A DNA stretch of 64,000 bases from an uncultured Actinomycetota bacterium (lineage in GTDB: Bacteria; Actinomycetota; Actinomycetes; Propionibacteriales; Nocardioidaceae), in the NCBI GenBank assembly GCA_963781695.1, contig CAWAGE010000001.1, positions 79,127 through 143,126 of the forward strand, given 5' to 3'. Shown here one piece after another: positions 18,082 to 26,823 of this stretch. The translations under genes and the position numbers were made by a program. How positions within the stretch are numbered: position 1 is the first letter of the stretch; each line of letters starts with the position of its first letter. Below the pieces are notes generated by a model. That model was given only the letters and a program-made list of their open reading frames with translations, had not been told where the DNA came from and did no database searches.

Positions 18082-18110
18082 CGGTTGCCCTCTCTCGGAT
18101 TGGCTGTAAT

Positions 18111-18147
18111 ACCTAGACGCTAGCCTATACATGCTGTGTAGGTCTAC
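18111..18147. promoter_or_regulatory. putative operator of the MerR-DICT regulator
   Basis: AT-rich intergenic with dyad CCTATACA-TGC-TGTGTAGG (18124-18142, 7/8 match) flanked by TAGAC (18114) and GTCTA (18142). Confidence 0.55.
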
Positions 18148-18156
18148 CCTCCTTCT

Positions 18157-19053
18157 GTGACCTTCACCGCTGCGGACGACGATCTGCCCGAGGGCTGGCT
18201 CTCCATCGGCGAGCTCGCCGAGCGCACCGGCCTCGAGCCGGGCACACTGCGTGCCTGGGAGACCCGGCACGGCTTCCCGGCGCCCCGCCGGCTGGCCAGC
18301 GGCCACCGGCGCTACGACGAGCGGGACGTCGCTCGGATCCGCCGGGTGCTGTCGCGCCGCGACGCCGGCGTCCGGCTGTCGACCGCGATCGCCGAGGTGT
18401 CCGGCGCCGCGCCCTGGCACACCCCGACCGAGTCGGTCTTCGCCGAGCTGCGACGACGCCACCCGCTGCTCGTGCCGCAGTCGCTGCAGAAGTCCACGCT
18501 GCTGGCCCTCACCTGGGCCATCGAGGACGAGTGCTGCACCACCCCGTCACGGCCCACCCTCTTCGCGGCGTTCCAGGAGGAGCGGCACTACGTGCGAGCG
18601 CAGGCCCGGTGGAACGAGCTGGCCCGGACCGCGCTGCGGGCGGTGGTCTTCGCCGACTTCGGGGCACCGCTGGCAGCGGCGCCCCAGGGGGCCACCCAAG
18701 GGGCCGTGAGGGTGCACCTGCCGGCAGGGACGCCGATGCGACGGGAGTGGTCGCTGGTGTGCTGGTCGCAGGAGCGGGCGGCGGCCCTGGCCGCGTGGGA
18801 GCTGCCCGGTCAGGCCGGGACCCCCGACCGGGAGCGGATCTTCGAGGCGATGTGGACCGTCGACCGGCCCGAGGTGCTCGACGCCGCCCGTGCGTGCGCG
18901 AGCCTCGCGGGACGGTTCGCGCCCGACCTCCTCGACGGCTTCCCCGAGCTCGACGAGGCACCACGAGCACCGGGCATCGACGACGCGGCCGACGCCACGG
19001 CGTTGTTCAACCGCGTCCTGACCTACCTCGACCGGGGTCGTCGTGCCCGGTAG
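18157..19053 (+). CDS. MerR (CarH/LitR-type HTH) regulator fused to a DICT sensory domain
   Basis: LRAWETRHGFPAPRR..GHRRY head; C-terminal KSTLLALTWAIEDE, AAFQ..H, REWSLV, EAMWT DICT pattern. Confidence 0.85.
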   Translation: MTFTAADDDLPEGWLSIGELAERTGLEPGTLRAWETRHGFPAPRRLASGHRRYDERDVARIRRVLSRRDAGVRLSTAIAEVSGAAPWHTPTESVFAELRRRHPLLVPQSLQKSTLLALTWAIEDECCTTPSRPTLFAAFQEERHYVRAQARWNELARTALRAVVFADFGAPLAAAPQGATQGAVRVHLPAGTPMRREWSLVCWSQERAAALAAWELPGQAGTPDRERIFEAMWTVDRPEVLDAARACASLAGRFAPDLLDGFPELDEAPRAPGIDDAADATALFNRVLTYLDRGRRAR

Positions 19054-19085
19054 CCCGTGTCAGCCCGGCGACGGGCGCGAACAGC

Positions 19086-19298
19086 TCAGCTGGCAGCCTC
19101 GTCCACCCCGGCACCGACCAGGACCGGCGCCGACGCCGACGTGTGCTCGCACACCAGCCGACGCACCGAGAAGACACAGGTCCCGCAGTCCTGGCCAGCT
19201 CCGGTGGACCGGCACACCGCCGCCAGCGACCGGGACCCGGACTCGACCGCCGCGGCCACCTGAGCGTCGCTCACCACGCGACAGTGGCAGATGATCAC
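19086..19298 (-). CDS. bfd: BFD-like (2Fe-2S) ferredoxin
   Basis: MIICHC..GAGQDCGTC; RBS AGGGAG before GTG 19298. Confidence 0.88.
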   Translation of the reverse strand: MIICHCRVVSDAQVAAAVESGSRSLAAVCRSTGAGQDCGTCVFSVRRLVCEHTSASAPVLVGAGVDEAAS

Positions 19299-19318
19299 GG
19301 CGGGCTCCCTCGACTCGG

Positions 19319-19357
19319 TCAGGTAAGGCTCACCTAAATTATGTGAGGCTATCCTCA
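19319..19357. promoter_or_regulatory. tandem IdeR/DmdR1 (DtxR-family) iron boxes
   Basis: TCAGGTAAGGCTCACCTAA (19319-19337, 16/19 to TTAGGTTAGGCTAACCTAA) and TTATGTGAGGCTATCCTCA (19339-19357, 15/19). Confidence 0.85.
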
Positions 19358-20787
19358 CCAGCGCAACCCTGCGTCTCATCGTCGATCCCGGCCGCCTCCA
19401 GCGCGGCCGCCACCCGGAGCAGCAGGTGGTCCGTGCGGGGGCGCCCCATCAGCATCACGCCCACGGGCATCCGGTCGTCGGTGGAGCGGCCCGCGGGCAC
19501 CGAGACCGCCGGCAGCCCGGTCAGGTTGGCCACCACCGTCCAGCAGTCGGTGTACGGCGCTGCCAGCGGGTCGGCGAGGTCCTCCGGGCTGCTGTGCCCC
19601 TCCAGCAGCGGCGCGGTGGTGGGCATCGTCGGCGAGACCAGCAGGTCACAGCCGGCCAGCGCCTCGTGCACCTGTCCGCGCAGGACCTGACGGGCGATCT
19701 GCGCCACCTCCAGCGGACTCGGCCGCTCGCGCAGCAGCTCCAGGCCCCACTCGTAGCGGCGTACCACCTCCGCGCCCGCCAGCCCGGTGCGGACGTACGG
19801 CGCGAGCACCGGGACCGCCGCCGCGGAGGTGACGGTCATGTACGTGGCCAGCGCGCGCCCGGCGGCCGGCGCCGAGACCGCCACCACCGCTGCCCCCAGG
19901 TCGCGCAGCCGCGCCAGCACGACCTCGAGCCGGGCCAGCACCCCGGCCTGGTTGCGCGGCCCGCGGAGCTCGGTCGGCACGCCGATCCGCAGCCCGCTGA
20001 CGTCGAGGTCCGCCACGCTGCCGGCCAGCGCCGGCCGGGCACCCAGCACGGCCAGCAGCAGCGCGGCGTCCGGCACGGTACGCGCCAGCGGCCCGACCCG
20101 GTCCAGGCCGGGGGCGAACGGCACCACCCCGCGCATCGACACCGTCCCCGGCGTCGGCGCCATCCCGACCACGCCGCACTGGGAGGCCGGCTCCCGGACC
20201 GACCCCCCAGTGTCGGTGCCCACCGCGAGCACCGACTCCCCGGCCGCGACCGCCACGGCGCAGCCGCCGCTGCTGCCGCCGCTGCTGCGACGGACGTCGT
20301 GCGGGTTGTGGCTGCGGCCGTACGCCGAGGTCTGGGTGGACGCGCCGAGCGCCAGCTCGTCCATGTTCGCCCGCCCCAGGACGACCGCCCCGGCGCGGCG
20401 CAGCCGTCGGGTGACGTCGGCGTCGACCCGGGCCGTCCTACCGCCGGCCTTCGAGCCGCAGGAGGTCACCTGCCCGTCCACGTCGATGTTGTCCTTGACC
20501 ACGACCGGGACCCCGAGAAGCACGCCGGGCCGCCGGCCTGCGGCCAGCCGGGCGTCCTGCGCGGCGGCCTGCGCCAGCACGTGCTCGCGGTCGACGTGGA
20601 CCAGCGCGCGGGTCCAGCCCTCGACCTGGTCGACCCGGTCCAGGTGGGCCTGCGCCACCTCGACCGCGGTGACCTCCCCAGCGTGCACCATCGCCGACAG
20701 GTCGGCGGCGGACCTACCGGTCAGCCCGTCCCGCACCCGGACGACGTCGTAGGGACCGTCGGGGTCGACCGGGGCGGGCAGCGGCAT
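19339..20787 (-). CDS. amidase-signature family enzyme (GatA-like)
   Basis: PVVVKDNID, GGSSGG, GTDTGGSVREPASQCG; leaderless TACGCT 6 nt upstream. Confidence 0.88.
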   Translation of the reverse strand: MPLPAPVDPDGPYDVVRVRDGLTGRSAADLSAMVHAGEVTAVEVAQAHLDRVDQVEGWTRALVHVDREHVLAQAAAQDARLAAGRRPGVLLGVPVVVKDNIDVDGQVTSCGSKAGGRTARVDADVTRRLRRAGAVVLGRANMDELALGASTQTSAYGRSHNPHDVRRSSGGSSGGCAVAVAAGESVLAVGTDTGGSVREPASQCGVVGMAPTPGTVSMRGVVPFAPGLDRVGPLARTVPDAALLLAVLGARPALAGSVADLDVSGLRIGVPTELRGPRNQAGVLARLEVVLARLRDLGAAVVAVSAPAAGRALATYMTVTSAAAVPVLAPYVRTGLAGAEVVRRYEWGLELLRERPSPLEVAQIARQVLRGQVHEALAGCDLLVSPTMPTTAPLLEGHSSPEDLADPLAAPYTDCWTVVANLTGLPAVSVPAGRSTDDRMPVGVMLMGRPRTDHLLLRVAAALEAAGIDDETQGCAGEDSLT

Positions 20788-20897
20788 GCGGCGAGCGTAG
20801 GGGGCCGTTGTTGCGCGCGTGTGACCCCGCCGGTCGAGACCGCCGCTGGTCCCGTCGCGGACCGCGCCTGTCGGCCGCGGGTCATAGGCTGTCGTCG

Positions 20898-21938
20898 ATG
20901 TCCCACCGCACGCTGCTCGCCGTCGACGGCAACTCGCTGCTGCACCGCAGCTTCCACGCCACCGCGCGGTCCGGCTTCCGCACTCCGGACGGTCGCCCGA
21001 TGTGGGCTGTGCGGGGACTGCTCTCCCAGCTGGTCGCGGCCGTCGACCGCTGCTGCGCCGACGCCGTCGTGGTCGGGTTCGACGACCCGGTCGACAGTGT
21101 GCGTCGCGAGCGTTGGCCGGGCTACAAGGCGCAGCGCGACCCGAAGCCCGCCAGCCTGGAGCAGCAGCTCGACGCCGCGGTCGAGGTGCTGCGGGGCCTC
21201 GGGGTCGTGGTCGCCGTGCCGCCGGGCCTGGAGGCCGACGACGTGCTCGCCTCGGCGGCGGCGTACGCCCGGAGCATCGGTGTACGGGCGGTGCTGGCCA
21301 CCTCCGACCGGGACTCGTTCTCCCTCATCGACGACAACACCCGGATGCTGCGGATCCTCAACGGCGGCGTGGACGCCTCGCCCATGCTCGACCCGCGGCG
21401 ACTCGCGATGGTGACCGGCGTGCGCCCTGAGCAGTATCTCGACCTGGCGGCGCTGCGCGGGGACGCCTCGGACAACCTGCCGGGGGTCCCCGGCATCGGG
21501 CCGAAGACCGCCGCGCGGCTGCTGGCCGAGTTCGGATCGGCGGGCCCCGCCTTCGACGACGCCGCCGGTGAAGGCGCCCGCTGCCGTGCCGCCCTCGGCC
21601 GGTCGGTCACCGCCACGCTCGGTGCCGCCCGCGCCCGCGAGGTGTGGGAGTCGAACCGCGCGGTGATGACCATGCGGTCTGACGCCCACCTCGGCGGGCT
21701 CGACCTCCTCGACGGAGTCGGTCGCCTCCCGCTCGCCGAGGTCGACGTCCGCCGCACGTTCACCCTGCTCGACCTGCACGTGCCGACCGCCGTGCGTGCC
21801 CTGACCGGCCGCGAGCCGACCCCTCCTGCTCCCGGCGACGCCGACGCGTCCTGGCGCCCCCCGCGACAGCGCGCCATGCGGTTCCCGCCGCTGCCGAGAC
21901 CTCCCGAGCCGGTGTCGGTCCAGGACACCCTCTTCTAG
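20898..21938 (+). CDS. stand-alone 5'-3' exonuclease / flap endonuclease
   Basis: DGNSLLHRSFHA, YKAQR, EADD, TSDRD, RGDASDNLPGVPGIGPKTA; leaderless TAGGCT. Confidence 0.9.
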   Translation: MSHRTLLAVDGNSLLHRSFHATARSGFRTPDGRPMWAVRGLLSQLVAAVDRCCADAVVVGFDDPVDSVRRERWPGYKAQRDPKPASLEQQLDAAVEVLRGLGVVVAVPPGLEADDVLASAAAYARSIGVRAVLATSDRDSFSLIDDNTRMLRILNGGVDASPMLDPRRLAMVTGVRPEQYLDLAALRGDASDNLPGVPGIGPKTAARLLAEFGSAGPAFDDAAGEGARCRAALGRSVTATLGAARAREVWESNRAVMTMRSDAHLGGLDLLDGVGRLPLAEVDVRRTFTLLDLHVPTAVRALTGREPTPPAPGDADASWRPPRQRAMRFPPLPRPPEPVSVQDTLF

Positions 21939-22051
21939 CCACCGGTCCCGCCGTCGTAGGTGCGAGGTGTTCCTGGGCCTGTCGAAAGGGCTCGACCAGC
22001 CCTGTGCTCGACCAGCCCTGGGCGCGACCGAGCGTGGGATGGGGCGTCGCC

Positions 22052-22264
22052 TCAGATGCGGGCGCCGGAGTCCGGACCGGGGCAGCCGGGGGTCTGGCAG
22101 GTCAACGACTGCACCATCTGCCCAGGGACGAGCTCGGCTCGCTGATGGTCGGTCACGTCCTCGTCAGGGGTGTCGGCGAGGTCCGACGTCACCACGACGA
22201 GCCGCTCCCCGCACGTCGGGCAGTGGTCCTCGGCGTGCGGGTGGGTCTGCTCGGTTCCAGTCAT
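22052..22264 (-). CDS. small Cys-motif hypothetical protein (possible zinc ribbon)
   Basis: 70 aa with CPTC and CQTPGC; RBS GAAAGAG before ATG 22264. Confidence 0.6.
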   Translation of the reverse strand: MTGTEQTHPHAEDHCPTCGERLVVVTSDLADTPDEDVTDHQRAELVPGQMVQSLTCQTPGCPGPDSGARI

Positions 22265-22341
22265 GAGGCTCTTTCTACCCGACCTGCCGGTGACGACGCC
22301 CCGACCCTCATGCCTCGCACCCACCCCTGCCTCGGTGGGAG

Positions 22342-22872
22342 CTACCAGACGTCCCCGTCCCGCCAGTCACACGTCAGCTCGGCGTCCGGGTCCAGGGGGG
22401 TGCCGGCCGGCAGCACGAAGATGCCGCCGTCCTCCTCGACGGTGCGCCGGACGCCCGTCGGGGTCAGCGCGGACGACGGCCCGCGCCACCGCACCCACCC
22501 CCGAGCGGCGTAGAAGTCCATCGCCTCGTCGGTGGACCCCAGCGCGCCGAGGTCGTAGGCACGGCGCACCACCCCCTCGAGGGCGGCCATCACCGCGGCG
22601 CCGTGGCCGCGCCCGCGTCGGGACGGGTGCACCGCGACGGCCTCGACGTACCCGCATCGCAGCGCTCGGCCGCCGTGCACCAACCGTCGCATCACCACCG
22701 ACCCGTGCCCCACCAGCACGCCGTCCGCCACGACCAGCGCATGGACGCCGCCGAGGGCATGCTCCCAGTCCTCGTCGGTCATGTCCTCGAACGTCGCGGC
22801 GAGCAGCGCCCGCGCCTCGGCCAGCTCGTCGGCGGACAGCGTGGCGGTGTGGGCGGCGCGGACCTCGACCAC
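22342..22872 (-). CDS. aac(2'): aminoglycoside 2'-N-acetyltransferase AAC(2')-I-like GNAT
   Basis: DWEHALGG, HGSVVMRRL, GYVEAVAV, YDLGALG, LTCDWRDGDVW. Confidence 0.88.
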   Translation of the reverse strand: MVEVRAAHTATLSADELAEARALLAATFEDMTDEDWEHALGGVHALVVADGVLVGHGSVVMRRLVHGGRALRCGYVEAVAVHPSRRGRGHGAAVMAALEGVVRRAYDLGALGSTDEAMDFYAARGWVRWRGPSSALTPTGVRRTVEEDGGIFVLPAGTPLDPDAELTCDWRDGDVW

Positions 22873-22875
22873 GGC

Positions 22876-23628
22876 TCAGCCCGCCCCGAACGCGTGACTG
22901 ACCCGCTGCATGGTCGCCACCAGCCTGGCGTCCCGGCTGCCCCGGAACCGCTCCGCCGGGCCCGACAGCGACATCGCGGCCAGCACCCGGCCTCCTGCCC
23001 GGACCGGGACCGCGACGCAGCGCACCCCGAGCTCCTGCTCCTCCTCGTCGCCGGCCCACCCCCGCGCGCGCACCAGCTCGACCTCGACGAGCAGGGTCTG
23101 CGCGTCGGTCACCGTGGCGGGCGTACGCCGTGGCAGGCCCACCCGGGCGAGCAGCGCGGCGGCGCGCCCACGGGGCAGGTCGCTGAGCAGCACCTTGCCG
23201 ACGGCGGTGGAGTGCACCGGCACGTGCGCCCCCACCTCGGCGAACATCCGCAACGTGTAGGGCGAGGGCACCTGGGCGACGTAGACGGCCTCGTCGCCCT
23301 CCAGCACGGCCAGGTTGGCGGTCTCACCGCAGGCCTCGACGAGCTCGGTGAGGAACGGACGGGCCTGGAGTGCCAGCGCGCGGTGCGCGCCGTCGGAGAG
23401 CCGGGCCGCCGCGGTGCCCAGCGAGTACTTCCTGGAGGCGTCCCGACGGACGTACCCGCGCAGCTGCAGCGCCCGCAGCAGCCGGTGGGCAGTGCCCTGA
23501 GGCAGCCCGGTCTGGCCGGCCAGCTCACCCACACCGACGGGCCCCTCGGACGTGGCGAGCGCCTCGAGCAGCGAGAGGGCGCGGTCCACCGACTGCACCG
23601 CTCCCGCCGTCCGAGGCGCTCCGGTCAT
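22876..23628 (-). CDS. IclR-family transcriptional regulator
   Basis: VQSVDRAL, TAHRLL, HSTAVGK, DEEEQELGVRCVA. Confidence 0.9.
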   Translation of the reverse strand: MTGAPRTAGAVQSVDRALSLLEALATSEGPVGVGELAGQTGLPQGTAHRLLRALQLRGYVRRDASRKYSLGTAAARLSDGAHRALALQARPFLTELVEACGETANLAVLEGDEAVYVAQVPSPYTLRMFAEVGAHVPVHSTAVGKVLLSDLPRGRAAALLARVGLPRRTPATVTDAQTLLVEVELVRARGWAGDEEEQELGVRCVAVPVRAGGRVLAAMSLSGPAERFRGSRDARLVATMQRVSHAFGAG

Positions 23629-23636
23629 CGTCGTCC

Positions 23637-25385
23637 CTACGGGACCATCCAGCTCAGCACCGGCGTCGACTGCAGCCCCACGAGCAAGCACATGAACACC
23701 AGCATGCCCAGGCTCCACCCGATCACCTTGCGGAACAGGTCGCCCTCTCGGCCGGCCATCCCGACCGCGGCGGCGGCGATCGCCAGGTTCTGCGGGCTCA
23801 CCATCTTGCCCAGCACACCACCGGAGGAGTTCGCGGCCGCCATCAGCAGCGGGTCGAGCCCGGCCTTGCTCGCGGTCTGCACCTGGAGTGCCCCGAACAG
23901 CGCGTTGGCGGAGGTGTCGGACCCGGTGACCGCGACGCCGAGCCACCCGAGGATCGGGGAGAGCACCGCGAAGGCGGCTCCGGTCCCGGCGAGCCACGCC
24001 CCCAGCGAGCTGGTCTGCCCGGACAGGTTCATCACGAAGGCCAGCGCCAGCACCGCCATCACGGTGACGATGGCAAAGCGCAGCTCGCGGTAGGTGGCTG
24101 CGTAGCTCTTCAGCATCTGGGCGGGCGACACCTTGAGGATCAGGGCCGTGATGATGCCGGAGAAGATCATCAGCGTCCCGGCGGCGGCGAACCAGTTGAA
24201 GTTGAAGGTGGTCGTGGACACCGGGTCGCCGGCGGCGTTCAGGACGTCGAGCCCCGGCCACGCGAAGGAGACCGCGAGCGGCGACTGCGAGAGGAGCTCC
24301 TTGACCGAGGCGATGTTGGTGATGGAGAAGATCGCGATGATCACCAGGTACGGCGCGTAGGCCTTCGCGACCTCGACCGTGCTGTCGTGCTGCACCGCGA
24401 CGGCGCCGGCCGGCGCCGGCCGCGCGGCCGTCCCCGACCCGGCCACGACGTCGCGCCCGGGGCCACCTGCCCGGCCGGCCCCGCGGTCGGCCCCGCGGTC
24501 GTGCCCGGGCTCCTCGGCGTGGTCGGAGGCGTGCATCGTCTCGCTCGGGCTCCAGCCCCGCAGCAGCAGCACGACCGCGGCGGCGGACGCCAGCGACGCC
24601 ACGATGTCGGCCAGCGGCACCGAGATGTAGTTGGCGGCCACGAACTGGGCCACCCCGAAGGTGACGCCGACCACCAGCGCCGGCAGCCAGGTCTGCTTGA
24701 CGCCGCGCTTGCCGTCGACGATGAACACCAGCACCAGCGGGACGACGACCGCCAGGATGGGCGTCTGCCGGCCGACCATCGCGCCGAGGGTGGGCACGTC
24801 CAGGCGGGGGTCGCTGCTGGCGCCCGACGCCACCGCGCCGAGGGTCACGATCGGGGTGGCCAACGCACCGAACGCCACCGGTGCCGTGTTCGCGACCAGC
24901 GCCACGGTGGCCGCCTTGATCGGCGCGAAGCCGAGCGCCAGCAGCATGACCACGGTGATCGCCACCGGCGTGCCGAACCCGGCCAGCGCCTCGAGCAGCG
25001 CGCCGAAGCAGAAGGCGATGATGATGGCCTGGATCCGCTGGTCGGGGCTGACCTTCTCGAAGGACCGCCGCAGCACGTCGAAGTGCCCGGACGCGACCGT
25101 CAGGTTGTAGACCCAGATCGCGTTGATGACGATCCACAGGATCGGGAAGAAGCCGAACGCCGCACCCTCGGTGCCGGCCAGCACGGCCTGGCCCACCGGC
25201 ATGCCGAACAGCACGACGGCCACCAGCAGCGACACCAGGAGCGAGATCAGGCCCGCGATCCAGGCGGCCACCCGCAGGGCGCCGAGCAGGACGAAGAGCG
25301 TGAGCAGGGGGACGGCGGCGACCAGCGCGCTGAGCGCCAACGACCCGCCGACCGGGTCGAGGCTCTGTTGGAACTGCGAGAACAT
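23637..25385 (-). CDS. lctP: L-lactate/glycolate permease (LctP/GlcA family)
   Basis: EALAGFGTP, NTAPVAFG, TGSDTSANALF, GKMVSPQ. Confidence 0.9.
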   Translation of the reverse strand: MFSQFQQSLDPVGGSLALSALVAAVPLLTLFVLLGALRVAAWIAGLISLLVSLLVAVVLFGMPVGQAVLAGTEGAAFGFFPILWIVINAIWVYNLTVASGHFDVLRRSFEKVSPDQRIQAIIIAFCFGALLEALAGFGTPVAITVVMLLALGFAPIKAATVALVANTAPVAFGALATPIVTLGAVASGASSDPRLDVPTLGAMVGRQTPILAVVVPLVLVFIVDGKRGVKQTWLPALVVGVTFGVAQFVAANYISVPLADIVASLASAAAVVLLLRGWSPSETMHASDHAEEPGHDRGADRGAGRAGGPGRDVVAGSGTAARPAPAGAVAVQHDSTVEVAKAYAPYLVIIAIFSITNIASVKELLSQSPLAVSFAWPGLDVLNAAGDPVSTTTFNFNWFAAAGTLMIFSGIITALILKVSPAQMLKSYAATYRELRFAIVTVMAVLALAFVMNLSGQTSSLGAWLAGTGAAFAVLSPILGWLGVAVTGSDTSANALFGALQVQTASKAGLDPLLMAAANSSGGVLGKMVSPQNLAIAAAAVGMAGREGDLFRKVIGWSLGMLVFMCLLVGLQSTPVLSWMVP

Positions 25386-25419
25386 GACGGCTTCTTCCTT
25401 CGAGCGGAGAGGGGACTGA

Positions 25420-26823
25420 TCAGGCGGGGTCGAGCGCGGAGCCGGGCAGGCCGCGGATGGAGGCGTCGAGGACCTCGATGGTGTGGGCCATGCCCATGGG
25501 GTGACCGGACCGCTGGATCGCGGAGGTCACCTGCATCAGGCACCCGGGGTTGGCGGTGACCAGCACCTTCGCCCCGGTGGCGACGATGTTCGCCGCCTTG
25601 CGGTCCCCCAGCTCACGGGCAGGCACCGGGTTGAGGATGTTGTAGATGCCGGCGGACCCGCAGCACAGCTCGGGCTCGGCGATCTCCTTCAGCTCCAGCC
25701 CCGGGATGGCGGTGAGCAGCCGCCGCGGCTGCGCCCGCACCCCCTGGGCGTGGGCCAGGTGGCAGGCGTCGTGGTAGGCGACGGTCGTCTCGAGCGGGTG
25801 CCGGACCGCTACCGGGCCCAGCTCGTCGAGGATCTCCGAGACGTCACGGACCCGCTCGCTGAAGCTCCTGGCACGCTCGGCGTACGCCGGGTCGTCGGCC
25901 AGCAGCACGGCGTACTCCTTCATGGTGGAGCCGCAGCCGGCCGCGTTGACCACGACCCAGTCGACCCCGGCCGCCTCGAACGTGTCGACGATCCCCCGGG
26001 CGAACTGCTGGGCCTCCTGCTCGCGCCCGTTGTGCGTGGACAGCGCCCCGCAGCAACCCTGCCGCCGTGGCGTGACCACGTCGCAGCCCTCGGCCTGCAG
26101 CACCCTGGCGGTGGCGGCGTTCACTCCGGGGAAGAACGCTCCCTGGACGCACCCGGTGAGCAGCCCGACCACGGCTCGGCGCTGGCCCGTGGCGGGCACT
26201 CGCTCCGGGATCGGCTCGGGCCGGTCGAGCCGCGGTGCGAGGCTCTCCATCGCGGCCAGCTGCGGGGACAGCCGCTCCAGCAGCCCGGTCCGTCGCAGCG
26301 CCCGGTCCAGGCCGGTGCGCTGCACTGCGCGCAGCGGCCCGCGCAGCAGCCGGAGCCGTCGGGGGTGCGGGAACAGCGAGAAGATCAGCGCACGCAGCGC
26401 CCGGTCGGAGGGCTCCCGGTCGTGGCGCCGCTCCACCTGCGCACGGGTCTGCTCGATGAGCCGGTCGTACTGCACCCCGGACGGGCACGCGGTGACGCAG
26501 GCCATGCAGCCCAGACAGGCGTCGAAGTGGGAGACCATCGAGTCGGTCATCGGCTCGCCCTCGAGCCCCTCCTTCATGAGGTAGATCCGACCGCGCGGGG
26601 AGTCCATCTCCTCGCCCCACAGCACGTACGTCGGGCAGGTGGGCAGGCAGAAGCCGCAGTGCACGCAGTCGCCGATGAGCGCCGCGTCCGGCGGGTGGTG
26701 CTCGTCGAAGGCGCCGCCGGCCACGGGCATCCCGAGGTCGATGATGCTGCCGGTCTCACCGAGGGCCGCGCCCGCGTCGGCCTCCTCGGCGGACCGGTCG
26801 GGGGTGCTGGTCGGGGTGCTCAT
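25420..26823 (-). CDS. glcF: glycolate oxidase Fe-S subunit
   Basis: CVHCGFCLPTCPT, DSPRGRI, CLGCMACVTACPSGV, two CCG domains. Confidence 0.88.
   Translation of the reverse strand: MSTPTSTPDRSAEEADAGAALGETGSIIDLGMPVAGGAFDEHHPPDAALIGDCVHCGFCLPTCPTYVLWGEEMDSPRGRIYLMKEGLEGEPMTDSMVSHFDACLGCMACVTACPSGVQYDRLIEQTRAQVERRHDREPSDRALRALIFSLFPHPRRLRLLRGPLRAVQRTGLDRALRRTGLLERLSPQLAAMESLAPRLDRPEPIPERVPATGQRRAVVGLLTGCVQGAFFPGVNAATARVLQAEGCDVVTPRRQGCCGALSTHNGREQEAQQFARGIVDTFEAAGVDWVVVNAAGCGSTMKEYAVLLADDPAYAERARSFSERVRDVSEILDELGPVAVRHPLETTVAYHDACHLAHAQGVRAQPRRLLTAIPGLELKEIAEPELCCGSAGIYNILNPVPARELGDRKAANIVATGAKVLVTANPGCLMQVTSAIQRSGHPMGMAHTIEVLDASIRGLPGSALDPA

Noticed and set aside
21975-22021. REP-like fragment and GCTCGACCAGCCCTG doublet
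   Set aside because: Degenerate and seen once in the window; a REP family cannot be established without a genome-wide search.
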